Sequence record: SRR2962707_813
DNA length: 64,000 nucleotides
Reading direction: 5' to 3' (one strand)
Positions 10,827 to 21,129 of the stretch are shown here, piece by piece (position 1 is the stretch's first letter; every line of letters starts with the position of its first letter). Below the pieces are notes generated by a model that did not search any database, had not been told where the DNA came from, and saw only the letters and a list, made by a program, of their open reading frames with translations. The translations under genes and the position numbers were made by a program.

Positions 10827-11519
10827 TCAGTTATAAAGCGTGCTGGTGGAATCTGACTGCCAGTACTCTTTGGTTTCAACGTCCATGACAGTGAGCTTAC
10901 CGTTCCAGCCAGCACCTGTATCCAGATTCCAGACATTAAATGCCTGCATAGGTGTGTCTTGTTGCCAATTGAGCGTTGGGGTGTGGCCGATGTAGATTTC
11001 ATCAAACATCTTTAACCGAAGCGGTTGCTGGCCAGATAATCGACCTTGCATGGTATCTGACCATAAGCTTCGATCCCAATAACACCTGGAAGCTGGCTCT
11101 TCATGTTTTGGACCTTCCGGGTTAGTATAGCCAGCATGAATAAATAGTCGATTCTTTTGATCTATGTAAAAGTTATTTTGATCGCGAAGAAATGAAATGT
11201 GTTTAGGCCTGGCGATTTTATCACCTGCTTCGATGTATGACTGAATAGAGTTAATTCCACCATTCTCAGCCCAGCCGGCAGGAGTTTCTTCGATTTCCAA
11301 CCATGTTTGCAGCCACGGGTCATGATTTCCACGTATCGCAATCAGATTGGGTATTTGTAACAGCCTTTCAATGACCTGGGCAGAATCCGGATGTCTGTCG
11401 CACACATCCCCCAATTGGATCAATGTATCGTTTGAATCAAATCCACACCTATCCAGGCATTGCTCCATGGCTTTTAAGTTGCCATGTATATCTCCCATTA
11501 TCAGGATTCTCCCACTCAT
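10827..11519 (-). CDS. Metallophosphoesterase (Ser/Thr protein phosphatase-like)
   Basis: GDIHG, GDVCDR, RGNHD, GHTPT and DTGAG motifs. Confidence 0.92.
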   Translation of the reverse strand: MSGRILIMGDIHGNLKAMEQCLDRCGFDSNDTLIQLGDVCDRHPDSAQVIERLLQIPNLIAIRGNHDPWLQTWLEIEETPAGWAENGGINSIQSYIEAGDKIARPKHISFLRDQNNFYIDQKNRLFIHAGYTNPEGPKHEEPASRCYWDRSLWSDTMQGRLSGQQPLRLKMFDEIYIGHTPTLNWQQDTPMQAFNVWNLDTGAGWNGKLTVMDVETKEYWQSDSTSTLYN

Positions 11520-11600
11520 AGCAATCTGTATTTCCGATCAATGAATGAAACAATTTTACGCCTTATCGCCTTATTTATGTAATACACAAAATAGAATTTA

Positions 11601-12266
11601 ATGCCATACACAGTAGAAATTACAGATATTCTCTCTTTAACTCACGATGTAAAACGAATAACAACAAAAAAGCCTGAGGGTTACCAATTTAAACCCGGTC
11701 AGGCAACTGAAGTAGCCATAAATAAGCCTGAATGGAAGGATGAAAAACGGCCCTTTACATTTACTTCATTACCGGATGATGATCATCTGGAATTCGTTAT
11801 CAAATCTTATCGGGATCATGATGGAGTGACCAATGAGATTGATTCGCTGATGGTCGGAAATTCCCTGATCATTGATGATGCATGGGGAGCCATTGAATAT
11901 AAGGGTAAGGGGACTTTCATTGCTGGAGGAGCTGGTATAACTCCTTTCATTGCTATTCTAAGAGACCTTGAAAAGAAAAATGAATTGGTCGGGAATCGGT
12001 TGATTTTTTCCAATAAAACAGGAAAAGATGTGATTTTGGAAGCCGACTTGCAAAACCTGCTAAAAGATGATTTTATGTCTGTCTTGACCAGGGAAGAACT
12101 GGAAGGTCATGAGCATGGCAGAATTGACATGGAGTTCTTAAAAAAGCACGTCACTGATTTTTCACAGCATTTTTACGTCTGCGGACCTGACAAGATGATA
12201 AAGAGCAACAATGAATTCCTGGAGAAATTAGGGGCCAGTCCAGATGCATTGGTGTTTGAGAAGTAG
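11601..12266 (+). CDS. FAD/NAD(P)-binding oxidoreductase (ferredoxin/flavodoxin reductase family)
   Basis: RPFTFTS, AGGAGITPF, FYVCGP motifs. Confidence 0.92.
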   Translation: MPYTVEITDILSLTHDVKRITTKKPEGYQFKPGQATEVAINKPEWKDEKRPFTFTSLPDDDHLEFVIKSYRDHDGVTNEIDSLMVGNSLIIDDAWGAIEYKGKGTFIAGGAGITPFIAILRDLEKKNELVGNRLIFSNKTGKDVILEADLQNLLKDDFMSVLTREELEGHEHGRIDMEFLKKHVTDFSQHFYVCGPDKMIKSNNEFLEKLGASPDALVFEK

Positions 12267-12268
12267 GA

Positions 12269-12790
12269 TTACTCAAAATTCAAGTGATGAATGTGCTCAT
12301 CAATGATGTCGATTCGGTAGGTGATGCTATTGAGGTATTTGACTAGTTCCTTCTCAAATTTGCGGATATCTTTTTCATATTGTTTCACCGTCTCCTGATC
12401 AAAGCTTTCGTGGATAACCTTAAGCATGTCACACTCATCGGTTATGAACTTTTTGAAATTGGCAGTGGAGTATTCTGTTTCGAGTTTTTCTATGTCTCTC
12501 AGAGTAGCTTCGGCCTCCTTATCCTTATTTACATCAAATTTTTCTTTGACAATAAAGTAAAGAGAAGTGTCCCAGTGATGAATGTTGTCTAATAAGTTAA
12601 TGGTTGCCTTTCGGTATTCTTCTGTCAGACAGAATTCCTGAATGCCCTGATAGTTTTTCATTTTTATAGCCGTCTCATCCCAGCGCACAGTTAAATCATC
12701 AATGACGGAGACAATATCTACCTCTGCTTTTTTTTGTGAAAAGACATTATAACATAGGAAAATGGTAAGGGTAAGCGCTAAGTGTTTCAT
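12269..12790 (-). CDS. Hypothetical secreted alpha-helical protein
   Basis: 173-aa ORF with signal peptide; no family recognised. Confidence 0.75.
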   Translation of the reverse strand: MKHLALTLTIFLCYNVFSQKKAEVDIVSVIDDLTVRWDETAIKMKNYQGIQEFCLTEEYRKATINLLDNIHHWDTSLYFIVKEKFDVNKDKEAEATLRDIEKLETEYSTANFKKFITDECDMLKVIHESFDQETVKQYEKDIRKFEKELVKYLNSITYRIDIIDEHIHHLNFE

Positions 12791-12936
12791 GGCGGTGTTG
12801 TTTGGCCTAAGATACTAAAACCTGCCTGACCAGAAAAGGAGATAGCAGGAATGACTCTACATGGTGGATGTTCTTACTGGAGTAATTTAACTTTTAATTA
12901 TTCAATAAAATATTAATATTTTCATATAATTGCCGT

Positions 12937-13548
12937 ATGATTTATCGTCTGTCACCGCTCGTACTTATATGCGTTTTACTTTCATGTTCTTCCGACTTTG
13001 AGGATGAGTGGAAACGAATTCCCTATGAAAGTGTCCACTTCAATAAACTTGTAGTGGTAGGACTTTCTCATGATCTGGAAACACGAAAATTCTATGAAGA
13101 AGAAGCTGTTGCTGAACTTGAAAAGTCAGGCTTTCATGCAGTAAAAGGTCTGAATATTTTTCCTCAGAAAGTTACGGAGCTTGATCACAATCAGGACAGT
13201 ATATCGACCCTAATTGTTGAGAATGATGTGGATGCTGTTTTAGTAATTAAAGTTCTTCATGAAAACGATGATGAATACATGATGCCTGAAGACTACAGTA
13301 AATTCAAAAAGCTATATTTCAGGAGAAGGTCTTTCCATACCTATAACGCAAATTATTACGAGCGACCAGATAGGTATTTTATGATTGCAACATTATATAA
13401 CCTGAAAGAAAAGCATGAAGAAAATGAAGAAACGGTGATTTGGAGAGCTTCCAGCACCATTTTAAATCCGGCTAAGAATATCAAGTTTAAAAAGGAGTTT
13501 ATTGATAAAGCGGTTGAACACATCACCGAGCAGCACTTTATTGAGTAG
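12937..13548 (+). CDS. Hypothetical lipoprotein
   Basis: Lipobox LLSC; 203 aa; alpha/beta pattern loosely reminiscent of DUF4136-type lipoproteins. Confidence 0.75.
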   Translation: MIYRLSPLVLICVLLSCSSDFEDEWKRIPYESVHFNKLVVVGLSHDLETRKFYEEEAVAELEKSGFHAVKGLNIFPQKVTELDHNQDSISTLIVENDVDAVLVIKVLHENDDEYMMPEDYSKFKKLYFRRRSFHTYNANYYERPDRYFMIATLYNLKEKHEENEETVIWRASSTILNPAKNIKFKKEFIDKAVEHITEQHFIE

Positions 13549-13549
13549 T

Positions 13550-14878
13550 TTAAACCAAAGGAATTTCAACCACAAACGTAGCTCCCTTTGATGCTGCATT
13601 GTCGTACCACACTTTAGCACCCATTTGATCTGCATATTTCTTTACAAGAGAGAGCCCCAACCCTGAAGAGCTTTCATCCTCAGTGGGACGCGCGCTAAGC
13701 TTAGAAAATTTTTCGAAAAGCTTGTCTTCTTCTTCCGGCCGGATACCCGGGCCTTCATCCGTGATTCTGGCTTGCATATTCGATCCGACTTGGGCTATTT
13801 CTATAATAACCTTTTGACCTCTCTCAGAAAACTTTATCGCGTTTGAAATCAGATTTTCAAAGATCAAAATGAGATAGGTTTTATCCGCACTCACCATCAG
13901 CTTTTGTTCCTTCGATTTTAGATTGAGATCAATTTCTTTTCTTCTTGCCATCTCATCCATCGACTCTACTGCCTCTTTCGTTATTTCAATAGCATCCAGG
14001 TTCTCCAGCTTTAGTTTGATGCCTCCCTGTTCTAAAACAGCCATGTCTAATACCTTATTTACTAATCCCTGGGCCTGATTGGATACCTTTTCAATCATGG
14101 CGATAAACTTCTTCTGCTGGTCAACTTCCCGCTCTTCTTTAAGGATATTAGAAATAGTGGTAATGTTAGCCAATGGATTTTTTAGGTCGTGAGCTAAAAT
14201 TCGTATGATATGGTCTTTATCATCAATTAATTTTTCCAGTTCTCCGGATTGTTTGGCAATTGTTTCTTTTTGCTTTTCAAGCTGCTCATTTTGCATTTGG
14301 AGATTTTGTAATGCTTTTGTCTGTGTAGACTCAAAAACGGCTGATATAACCAAAATGATAAGAAGGAGACCCGGAAGAACCGATACAAACCACTCTGCCT
14401 TCAAATCGGTATTATACTGAACAGGAAACGCAACCCCTTCCAACTCTTTCCAGCCAAACCAAACCATAACAAAAAAGGCCAAAATACCCCAGGCGATTCC
14501 ATAGCCTCTATTAACAACCAGGAGTGCCAGTACAGGGATTGATATAATCCAAGGGTAAACGGCAGACCATATCCCACCAGAAAAATAAGTTAGTATTATC
14601 ACAGCACTAGCTCCTACGAATACGTACAGGTTGGTGATCAATAGGAGTGGGGTTCGGGTTTTTACTAAGAGAGCCAGGACCACAAAACCCACTACATTGA
14701 ATATCATTAGGTATACCCCAAGCTGATATCCAAACAATAGACTAAACCAAATGTAGGAGTTTGAAAACAGGCTGGTGAGTAAGGCTGCCCGAACAAACAG
14801 TCGAGCTTTTCTCAATGCAAGTGAGTTCTCAAAGTATTGAGGGTGAATGAAGAAGTCGACCAGCTTTGAGAAATTCAT
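13550..14878 (-). CDS. Membrane sensor histidine kinase
   Basis: About 6 TM helices; H-box LAHDLKNPL; N-box ENLISNAIKFS; DEGPGI; GLGLSLVK. Confidence 0.93.
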   Translation of the reverse strand: MNFSKLVDFFIHPQYFENSLALRKARLFVRAALLTSLFSNSYIWFSLLFGYQLGVYLMIFNVVGFVVLALLVKTRTPLLLITNLYVFVGASAVIILTYFSGGIWSAVYPWIISIPVLALLVVNRGYGIAWGILAFFVMVWFGWKELEGVAFPVQYNTDLKAEWFVSVLPGLLLIILVISAVFESTQTKALQNLQMQNEQLEKQKETIAKQSGELEKLIDDKDHIIRILAHDLKNPLANITTISNILKEEREVDQQKKFIAMIEKVSNQAQGLVNKVLDMAVLEQGGIKLKLENLDAIEITKEAVESMDEMARRKEIDLNLKSKEQKLMVSADKTYLILIFENLISNAIKFSERGQKVIIEIAQVGSNMQARITDEGPGIRPEEEDKLFEKFSKLSARPTEDESSSGLGLSLVKKYADQMGAKVWYDNAASKGATFVVEIPLV

Positions 14879-14904
14879 TCTGAAAAATAGTTAAATGACA
14901 GCTT

Positions 14905-15579
14905 TTATTGAGCAATCGTATAAGCAATATATGCACTTGTGAGAATCCAAATTCCTTCCAAAATACCCAGGTATACGGTGCGTTGAAGTTTGTTATGTTC
15001 CGAATAATAAATCAATAATGGAAGGGATAATGAAATAAGCCCCTCACAAACAATCACATAAAGAGGTGCATTGAAAATCATGGTTACATTTTGATGATAC
15101 CACCACCAACCAGCATCTTTTGCCAAATGCTCATAAAGTGGAATATACATCCCTCCCGCAATGCAAAGGATGATAGAAGCTGCTAGCAAGCCTTTCTTTT
15201 GAGTAAGTAAAACACCCACAAAGCTTAATTGCACCAATACATTGGACCATGCAAACGGCATGTACAAGGGACTGCTCCACACCATAGGTTCATTTCCGGG
15301 GTATACCAGGCTATCAATGGTACTTACTAAATAGTGGTCGGTAAACAACTCTAAAATACCTGCTATTGTACCAAAAACCATTAATCGTATGACCAGGGGA
15401 TTCTTGAATTTAAATCCGTAAAACCAATAAAACAGGTATAAAAAATAAGTGATGATGCTTGCTGAGATCGGTCCGGCTGCTAACCATGAGGCACCCAGAG
15501 ACCATGCAATTAACAAGCCTGATGAAGCTAGAATCACATACGTAGTTCGTCTATCTAATCCGGGAATTTCAGTGTTCAT
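14905..15579 (-). CDS. Polytopic membrane protein of unknown function
   Basis: 6-7 hydrophobic segments; two internal PLY-containing repeats; ATGA overlap with the upstream oxygenase gene. Confidence 0.8.
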   Translation of the reverse strand: MNTEIPGLDRRTTYVILASSGLLIAWSLGASWLAAGPISASIITYFLYLFYWFYGFKFKNPLVIRLMVFGTIAGILELFTDHYLVSTIDSLVYPGNEPMVWSSPLYMPFAWSNVLVQLSFVGVLLTQKKGLLAASIILCIAGGMYIPLYEHLAKDAGWWWYHQNVTMIFNAPLYVIVCEGLISLSLPLLIYYSEHNKLQRTVYLGILEGIWILTSAYIAYTIAQ

Positions 15580-16868
15580 GATAAGTTAGGTTTAGTTCGT
15601 TGTTGCAACGTTAGCCGATTGCCTAAAATTGAAGGAGTTGAAATCTTGTCTTTCCAGTCATCAAGCAATCCCCAATCAGCCTGAAGCGATGGCGGAATAA
15701 AAAATTGGACACTTTTTCCATCATTAAAATGATGAATGACGCCTTCAAGGAGTTTTTTATTGAAATGGCCCGATATTTTCTGTACGAGCTTATGCTGCTC
15801 AAGATGGCTCAACTCCCCAGAGATAATGCGTGAAAGAGTGAGAATTATTTGATCTTTTTTATCTGATCGGTTGGAGACTCCAATACATTCGGCCAGGTTT
15901 TTTCTAGTGGATTGGCTAAAGTCTTCCAGGAAATAAGAAATAAAATATTCCGGTACCTCATCGAATGAATTCCCCGGAGTAAGTGCATTCATAAACTCAA
16001 TACATGAACGAGTGAGTGCTTTTCCTGCCTCAGAGGACTCTGCCTGATGGGTTAAAATTTTGGTGGCTAGATCAAACCCATCATCATAGCTGTCCGGTAA
16101 TAATCGTTCATCAATACCCATCAGGTGACCTACCACTTTCCAGCAATGCATGTAGTCATTGATTTGGGAGTCAGAAAGCTGGATATTTAATCGCTTTAAT
16201 CCCGCAATGATTACCGGCCCAAAAGACATCAATGTCCCGGCAAGATCTTCCTGGTTAATGGGCTCTCCGTAGTGTGACACCTCCCACTTGGTGTTATTGT
16301 ATTGACCTGCTTTGAGGTAATACCTGATTGAAGCATGTATCAGTCGGACTTTCTGAAGTGTGACCACTCCATTCCCGCCATTTGATAATCCACCTTCAGA
16401 AAGCACATTCACGACCATTTGAGCGGTTTCCATCAATCTCCGGGCAAGTGGATCAATGTTTTTATTGTGTGATAATAACCTTCCGGTTTCATAAAGTACC
16501 TGTGAACCTTTTGCACAGGTATAACACATGGGCAAAGAGCTAACATTAAGGAGCATAAATACCTCCGGGCCATAGAGGGTAAATAATTTTTCTCCGTTTT
16601 TTATTTTCGTGGGATTGCACCATTCGGGTAGCTTACCTGTGATTTCAATGTATTCATCCAGGATTTGTGAGAGATCGGAACCTAGCTGATCGAACATGCC
16701 CTTATGGAAACTTTGATTCCTAAAGAGCATCATCATTACGTCGTTGACCTTCTGGTTATCACCTGATTCAATGATTTTGGAAACAGTATTGTCCGCAATC
16801 GGATCGGTGATTTTCCGGAAACTTTCCAGCGTATCATTATTGATTGCTGAAATATCAAAACGGCTCAT
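15576..16868 (-). CDS. MpaB/DUF2236 (Lcp-like) heme oxygenase family protein
   Basis: DPIAD, LPEW, RRLMETAQ, KVRLIHASIRYYL and PINQEDLAGTLMSF motifs. Confidence 0.88.
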   Translation of the reverse strand: MSRFDISAINNDTLESFRKITDPIADNTVSKIIESGDNQKVNDVMMMLFRNQSFHKGMFDQLGSDLSQILDEYIEITGKLPEWCNPTKIKNGEKLFTLYGPEVFMLLNVSSLPMCYTCAKGSQVLYETGRLLSHNKNIDPLARRLMETAQMVVNVLSEGGLSNGGNGVVTLQKVRLIHASIRYYLKAGQYNNTKWEVSHYGEPINQEDLAGTLMSFGPVIIAGLKRLNIQLSDSQINDYMHCWKVVGHLMGIDERLLPDSYDDGFDLATKILTHQAESSEAGKALTRSCIEFMNALTPGNSFDEVPEYFISYFLEDFSQSTRKNLAECIGVSNRSDKKDQIILTLSRIISGELSHLEQHKLVQKISGHFNKKLLEGVIHHFNDGKSVQFFIPPSLQADWGLLDDWKDKISTPSILGNRLTLQQRTKPNLS

Positions 16869-16945
16869 TTAATAGAATAGGTTGGTTGGTTAGATTATCG
16901 TGTAATCTAGCACCAAGAAAGGATTGGAAAAAGGAATGAGCTGAT

Positions 16946-17314
16946 TTAGATCGTGCTTATTGCCGTCTTTAGACCATCATAGGTCCATGGCTTATCTATG
17001 AAGCACTCGATCAGGTTTTGCTGGATGGCTTCACTCACTTCTCCTTCTGCAGCGTAACCTGAGATCATTATTTTCTTAGGCCTGGCAGGAGTTCCTCTTT
17101 CTTCCATCTCTTTTAGGAATTCAACCCCTGTCATTAGCGGCATTCGCTGATCTGTGAAAACAAACTCAACGTGATTGTTTTTTACATACTCGAGGGCCTC
17201 TTCAGGAAAAGTTGTTGTAAATACCTCAAAATCTTTCTTAAACATTTCCTTAAATAGAAGGAGGTTGATTTCCTCGTCATCTAGGTATACTACTCTAGGC
17301 ATGCTTTCACTCAT
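16946..17314 (-). CDS. Single-domain response regulator (receiver only)
   Basis: YLDDE, FTDQRMPLMTGVEFL, ISGY, KPW. Confidence 0.93.
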   Translation of the reverse strand: MSESMPRVVYLDDEEINLLLFKEMFKKDFEVFTTTFPEEALEYVKNNHVEFVFTDQRMPLMTGVEFLKEMEERGTPARPKKIMISGYAAEGEVSEAIQQNLIECFIDKPWTYDGLKTAISTI

Positions 17315-17399
17315 TAATAATTTACACTCTGGTTGACTTTGACAAATCTAACGGAATAATAATGTAGTTTGATTAACAATCATTTCCCTTTTCGATGAA

Positions 17400-17774
17400 T
17401 TACGATTGTTTGTTGAGCAAAAGGTCTTTTAGGTTTTGATATGACCAAGGTTTACTGACAAAATGATCTATAAGTCTTGTTTCAAGGGCTTCATCTACAT
17501 CTCCTTCCTGAGTGAATCCTGAAATTATAACCTTCATGGATGAGGGTGAGGCTTCTTGTTTTTTTAGTTCTCTTAGGAATTCCACACCCGTCATCACAGG
17601 CATCAGCTGATCAGTAAGAATGTAATCAAGCTGATTTTTCTTTACATGCTCAATGGCTTTGTCCGGATTTGTGGTAGTGAAAATATCAAAATCCTTTTTA
17701 AACATTTCTTTAAAAAGAATCAGGTTTATTTCTTCATCATCCAGATATATTAACGATGGTTTGTTATCGTTCAT
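17400..17774 (-). CDS. Single-domain response regulator (receiver only), paralog of the neighbouring gene
   Basis: YLDDE, LTDQLMPVMTGVEFL, ISGF, KPW. Confidence 0.93.
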   Translation of the reverse strand: MNDNKPSLIYLDDEEINLILFKEMFKKDFDIFTTTNPDKAIEHVKKNQLDYILTDQLMPVMTGVEFLRELKKQEASPSSMKVIISGFTQEGDVDEALETRLIDHFVSKPWSYQNLKDLLLNKQS

Positions 17775-19701
17775 TGACTTTTTTTGCTAGCGGTAGTTTA
17801 ATAATAAATTCTGTCCCCTCACCAAGGTGAGTATTTACGGCGATTGTCCCTCCATGTCTTTCTACTATTCCATAAGTGATGGCCAATCCAAGGCCGGTTC
17901 CTGCCCCGACTTTCTTTGTTGTGAAAAACGGGTCGAATATTTTCTGCTTGTCCTCCTCTGTCATGCCCTTTCCATTATCTTTTACAACAACTTCAACTAA
18001 CCTTCCATTCAGAGAAGAGGAAATGTCAATCACCCCTTCTTTACCTTTTTCACTCACGGCATCAATGGCATTGTTGACGATATTAAGAAACGCCTGACTT
18101 AACTGTCCTTTGTAACCGTCAATTTCAGGGATGTTTTCACCAAGGTGTTTGTTGATCTTAACCGAATCTTTGTGACGACTATTTAAAAGAAGTAATGCCA
18201 CGTCCAGGTCATCGTTGATATCAATCTTTGTCTTTTTCTCGGTTTCAGATCTGGAGAAAATCCGTAAGCCTTTGACAATTTCTGTGGTTCGCTCTGCACC
18301 CACTTTGATACTATGGATCATTTGATCAATTACTCCTTGTGCTTCATCATACCCTGCTTTTTCACGCTCCTGCACAAGCTTTTGAAGAGAGGTTTTGAAG
18401 TCCTTTTCATTTTCATTCAGCTCAGTAACACGAGATATAACAGGTCTTATTTCAGAGAATTTGTTGCTCAACACATGGATACCTGAGTAGACAAAATTGA
18501 TAGCGTTATTGATTTCATGTGCGATCCCTGCAGTGAGGACACCAAGTGAAGCCATTTTTTCAGATTGAACAAGCTGTGATTGGGTACTTTGAAGCTCATT
18601 CAGTAATCGGGCCAGATCTTCTTTTTGTTCGGCCAATTTTTTAGCAGCACGTTTCCTTGCACGATATGCCGTGAAGATGAGAAAGGAAAGTACAACAAGT
18701 ACGACTAAAAAAAGCACTAAAAAGACCAGGGCACTTTGTTGAGAACTTACGATTGTAGTCATCTCACCAAGTTTCTTTTCACGCTGAGCTATCTCCTCAT
18801 TCTGCGCAGCGATTCGTTCCTGCTGTTCCCTCAGTGTTTTATTACCATCTTCTACTTTTTCTCTTTGGAGATCAATCTCCTCACTCAGGACGGCAAGATC
18901 TTGCTCTCTCTCACTCAATGTGGCAGTCAATTCGATTAATCTCTTTTCTGATTCAGCGAATTCTTTTCTCAAGCTATCAAGTGCTTTAGTTTGATTGTCA
19001 ATTTGAATTTGCTTTTGCTCAATTTCTTTATCTCTTTCTTTGATCAAAACTGTCTGTCTACTATAAATGCCTGTTGCAGCAGCCGTTTCAAGCCTTAGAG
19101 AATCAAATTGTTTTTTGAGGGCTTCTGAACGTGCTTCCATTGCTCTAACAGAGTCCCTTACTTCCTTGAAAATTTTTGCTAGATCAACTTCTGAACCACC
19201 AAGGTCATCCATGCCAGGCTTAACCTTCAATTTCTGATTTGTAATATTTGCCCGATTTATTTCGAAGGATAATCCTTGTGCTGTATCACCCAAAAAGTTG
19301 ATCATTATGTCACGTTGCTCCTCATAACGATCGGTTATTAAAAGCAAAGAAGTTCCACCAATTCTATCCAAGAGCGTAGGTATGGTTGCATTATATCTGT
19401 TTGATACAAAAATCACATCAGCATCCTGGGGAACGATCACATAGCTTGTAAAGCTGACTTCTGTTGATCTGCCTGCAAGTTTTTGAGAAGCACTGGTTGC
19501 TCTGAATTCTTCTTTAAGGTCATCATCTGTAGTGATGATATGAATTTTGAAAGGAGTGTCCTTCTTTGGCCACTCTATGTTTTTAATAATGGAGTAGGTA
19601 GAGGCTATCATCTCCTTTTGACGATCGGTCTGACCAAAGGTGAAATGGCTACTAATTAATAGCGTTATAAGTAAAAATATCTTTCCCTTCTGACTATACA
19701 T
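17764..19701 (-). CDS. Sensor histidine kinase with N-terminal YfiR/DUF4154-like periplasmic domain and long coiled coil
   Basis: Signal peptide; KNIEWP..MINF..FEINRANI (YfiR-like); coiled coil; one TM; QSEKMASLGVLTAGIAHEINN H-box; FDPFFTTK, GTGLGL. Confidence 0.88.
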   Translation of the reverse strand: MYSQKGKIFLLITLLISSHFTFGQTDRQKEMIASTYSIIKNIEWPKKDTPFKIHIITTDDDLKEEFRATSASQKLAGRSTEVSFTSYVIVPQDADVIFVSNRYNATIPTLLDRIGGTSLLLITDRYEEQRDIMINFLGDTAQGLSFEINRANITNQKLKVKPGMDDLGGSEVDLAKIFKEVRDSVRAMEARSEALKKQFDSLRLETAAATGIYSRQTVLIKERDKEIEQKQIQIDNQTKALDSLRKEFAESEKRLIELTATLSEREQDLAVLSEEIDLQREKVEDGNKTLREQQERIAAQNEEIAQREKKLGEMTTIVSSQQSALVFLVLFLVVLVVLSFLIFTAYRARKRAAKKLAEQKEDLARLLNELQSTQSQLVQSEKMASLGVLTAGIAHEINNAINFVYSGIHVLSNKFSEIRPVISRVTELNENEKDFKTSLQKLVQEREKAGYDEAQGVIDQMIHSIKVGAERTTEIVKGLRIFSRSETEKKTKIDINDDLDVALLLLNSRHKDSVKINKHLGENIPEIDGYKGQLSQAFLNIVNNAIDAVSEKGKEGVIDISSSLNGRLVEVVVKDNGKGMTEEDKQKIFDPFFTTKKVGAGTGLGLAITYGIVERHGGTIAVNTHLGEGTEFIIKLPLAKKVNER

Positions 19702-19940
19702 TTTCAGGACTGGTGACAGCTCGAAATATAGCTATTTTAACCCGGTTCATACAACCAATTAGATAAGTCATATACTTCATTAGATAAACATCGATTTTTA
19801 GAATAGATAGATTTTAGTGCAAATATTAATCAAGACAAACAATATCAGTTTGGATATTTTATCGACGGTATTGTACTTCGGTAATTTAAGAAAAGTAGGG
19901 CGAGTAATTGGGTAAGGTGTGATGTTGGCGATCTAGCATC

Positions 19941-20483
19941 TTACTCTGCCCTTAGATATGACATAATCCAGAAAGTGGTCCACGTCTGACCACCATCAAA
20001 CGAAGATTGAGTTTTCCATTCAATTCGATTGCTCGAAATGAATTGGATAATTGTTTTGTCAATTAGTAATTGGCCATTTCTCATTTGAGGTGAATTAAAT
20101 GTTAACGTATTGTCACTATAAAATCCCTCAGATGAAATGATATTTCCATGAGCGGAATCGACCATTGACTGTTGCCATTTTTTATTTCTATGGTCATATG
20201 CGATGTATTGTACCCATTCCAAGGGTCGACCATCGATTGTACCTTCCCAATGTTCAGTCCACACACATCCATCCAGTTCTAGTTTCCAGCGGGCAATTGC
20301 AGTGGATTTTCCCCATTCGCCATTTGCCAAATCAATAAGTTTTTTTGAAGTAACAATCCACTTACCTGTTAAATGTTTAATTATTTGATGTTCTGCTTGT
20401 AAGCATTCAGGTGTGAAATTTTCCTGAGCAGAACCAACGCTGATCATAAAAGGAAATAAAAAACTAAGGATTTTTTGCATCAT
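19941..20483 (-). CDS. Secreted DUF1579-like beta-barrel protein
   Basis: Signal peptide; LTGKW, AYDHRNKKWQQSMVDS, SFDGGQTWTTFWIMSY. Confidence 0.75.
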   Translation of the reverse strand: MMQKILSFLFPFMISVGSAQENFTPECLQAEHQIIKHLTGKWIVTSKKLIDLANGEWGKSTAIARWKLELDGCVWTEHWEGTIDGRPLEWVQYIAYDHRNKKWQQSMVDSAHGNIISSEGFYSDNTLTFNSPQMRNGQLLIDKTIIQFISSNRIEWKTQSSFDGGQTWTTFWIMSYLRAE

Positions 20484-21129
20484 TATTCCGCTGATTTTTG
20501 GATGATGATGTACTAACCGGCACTAGTCTCACTTTTAATTCAATCATTTCGTCAACGAATTTTTTCTCGAACCAGCTACCATTCTCTCCAATTCCCCAGT
20601 CAAAACGGTTGAAGGAGAACGCTGAGATAAATCCTTTTCCTTTACGTTCCGCTATAATTTCAATCGACCTAGAGGAATCTTTTATAGTTAGTAACCCGTT
20701 GGCTTTAACCTGGTTATTACCCAAGTAATTAACTTCAGTGAAAGTAAACGAGGAGGTTTTGAATTGATTAATTGCGAACTCCTCTACAAAATGATTGAGT
20801 AAGTTCCTTTGGGCAATGGTTTCGTGTTTTGGGATATCAGTGATTTCAATGGACTCCATATCTACCATCAGTTCTCCACCGGATAACAAACCGTTTGAAA
20901 ATGTCAGGGAGCCCTTAGAAAAATAGATTTTGCCCTCGTGTTTACCGGTCAGCTTTGTGCCCTTCCAAATGATTTTAGACTCACTTATGTTAATCGGAAT
21001 TTTGATTTCACCTTTTTGACTGGTCGCTGGTATTCCTAAAGCACTGATTTCGGATGGTGAATCATTGTATACACTTTGACTATTGCAAGCAAACAATACA
21101 ATTGAAATCAGGAGTGAGTACCTAATCAT
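20464..21129 (-). CDS. YceI-family lipid/polyisoprenoid-binding lipoprotein
   Basis: Lipobox LFAC; SKIIWKGTK..HEGKI, VDMESI, GLLTIKD, FNRFDWGI. Confidence 0.88.
   Translation of the reverse strand: MIRYSLLISIVLFACNSQSVYNDSPSEISALGIPATSQKGEIKIPINISESKIIWKGTKLTGKHEGKIYFSKGSLTFSNGLLSGGELMVDMESIEITDIPKHETIAQRNLLNHFVEEFAINQFKTSSFTFTEVNYLGNNQVKANGLLTIKDSSRSIEIIAERKGKGFISAFSFNRFDWGIGENGSWFEKKFVDEMIELKVRLVPVSTSSSKNQRNNDAKNP

Noticed and set aside
9498-13550. Convergent genes abutting with 0-2 bp gaps (9498/9499, 10826/10827, 12266/12269, 13548/13550)
   Set aside because: Tight tail-to-tail packing is common in compact Bacteroidota genomes; nothing points to a dedicated antisense mechanism.
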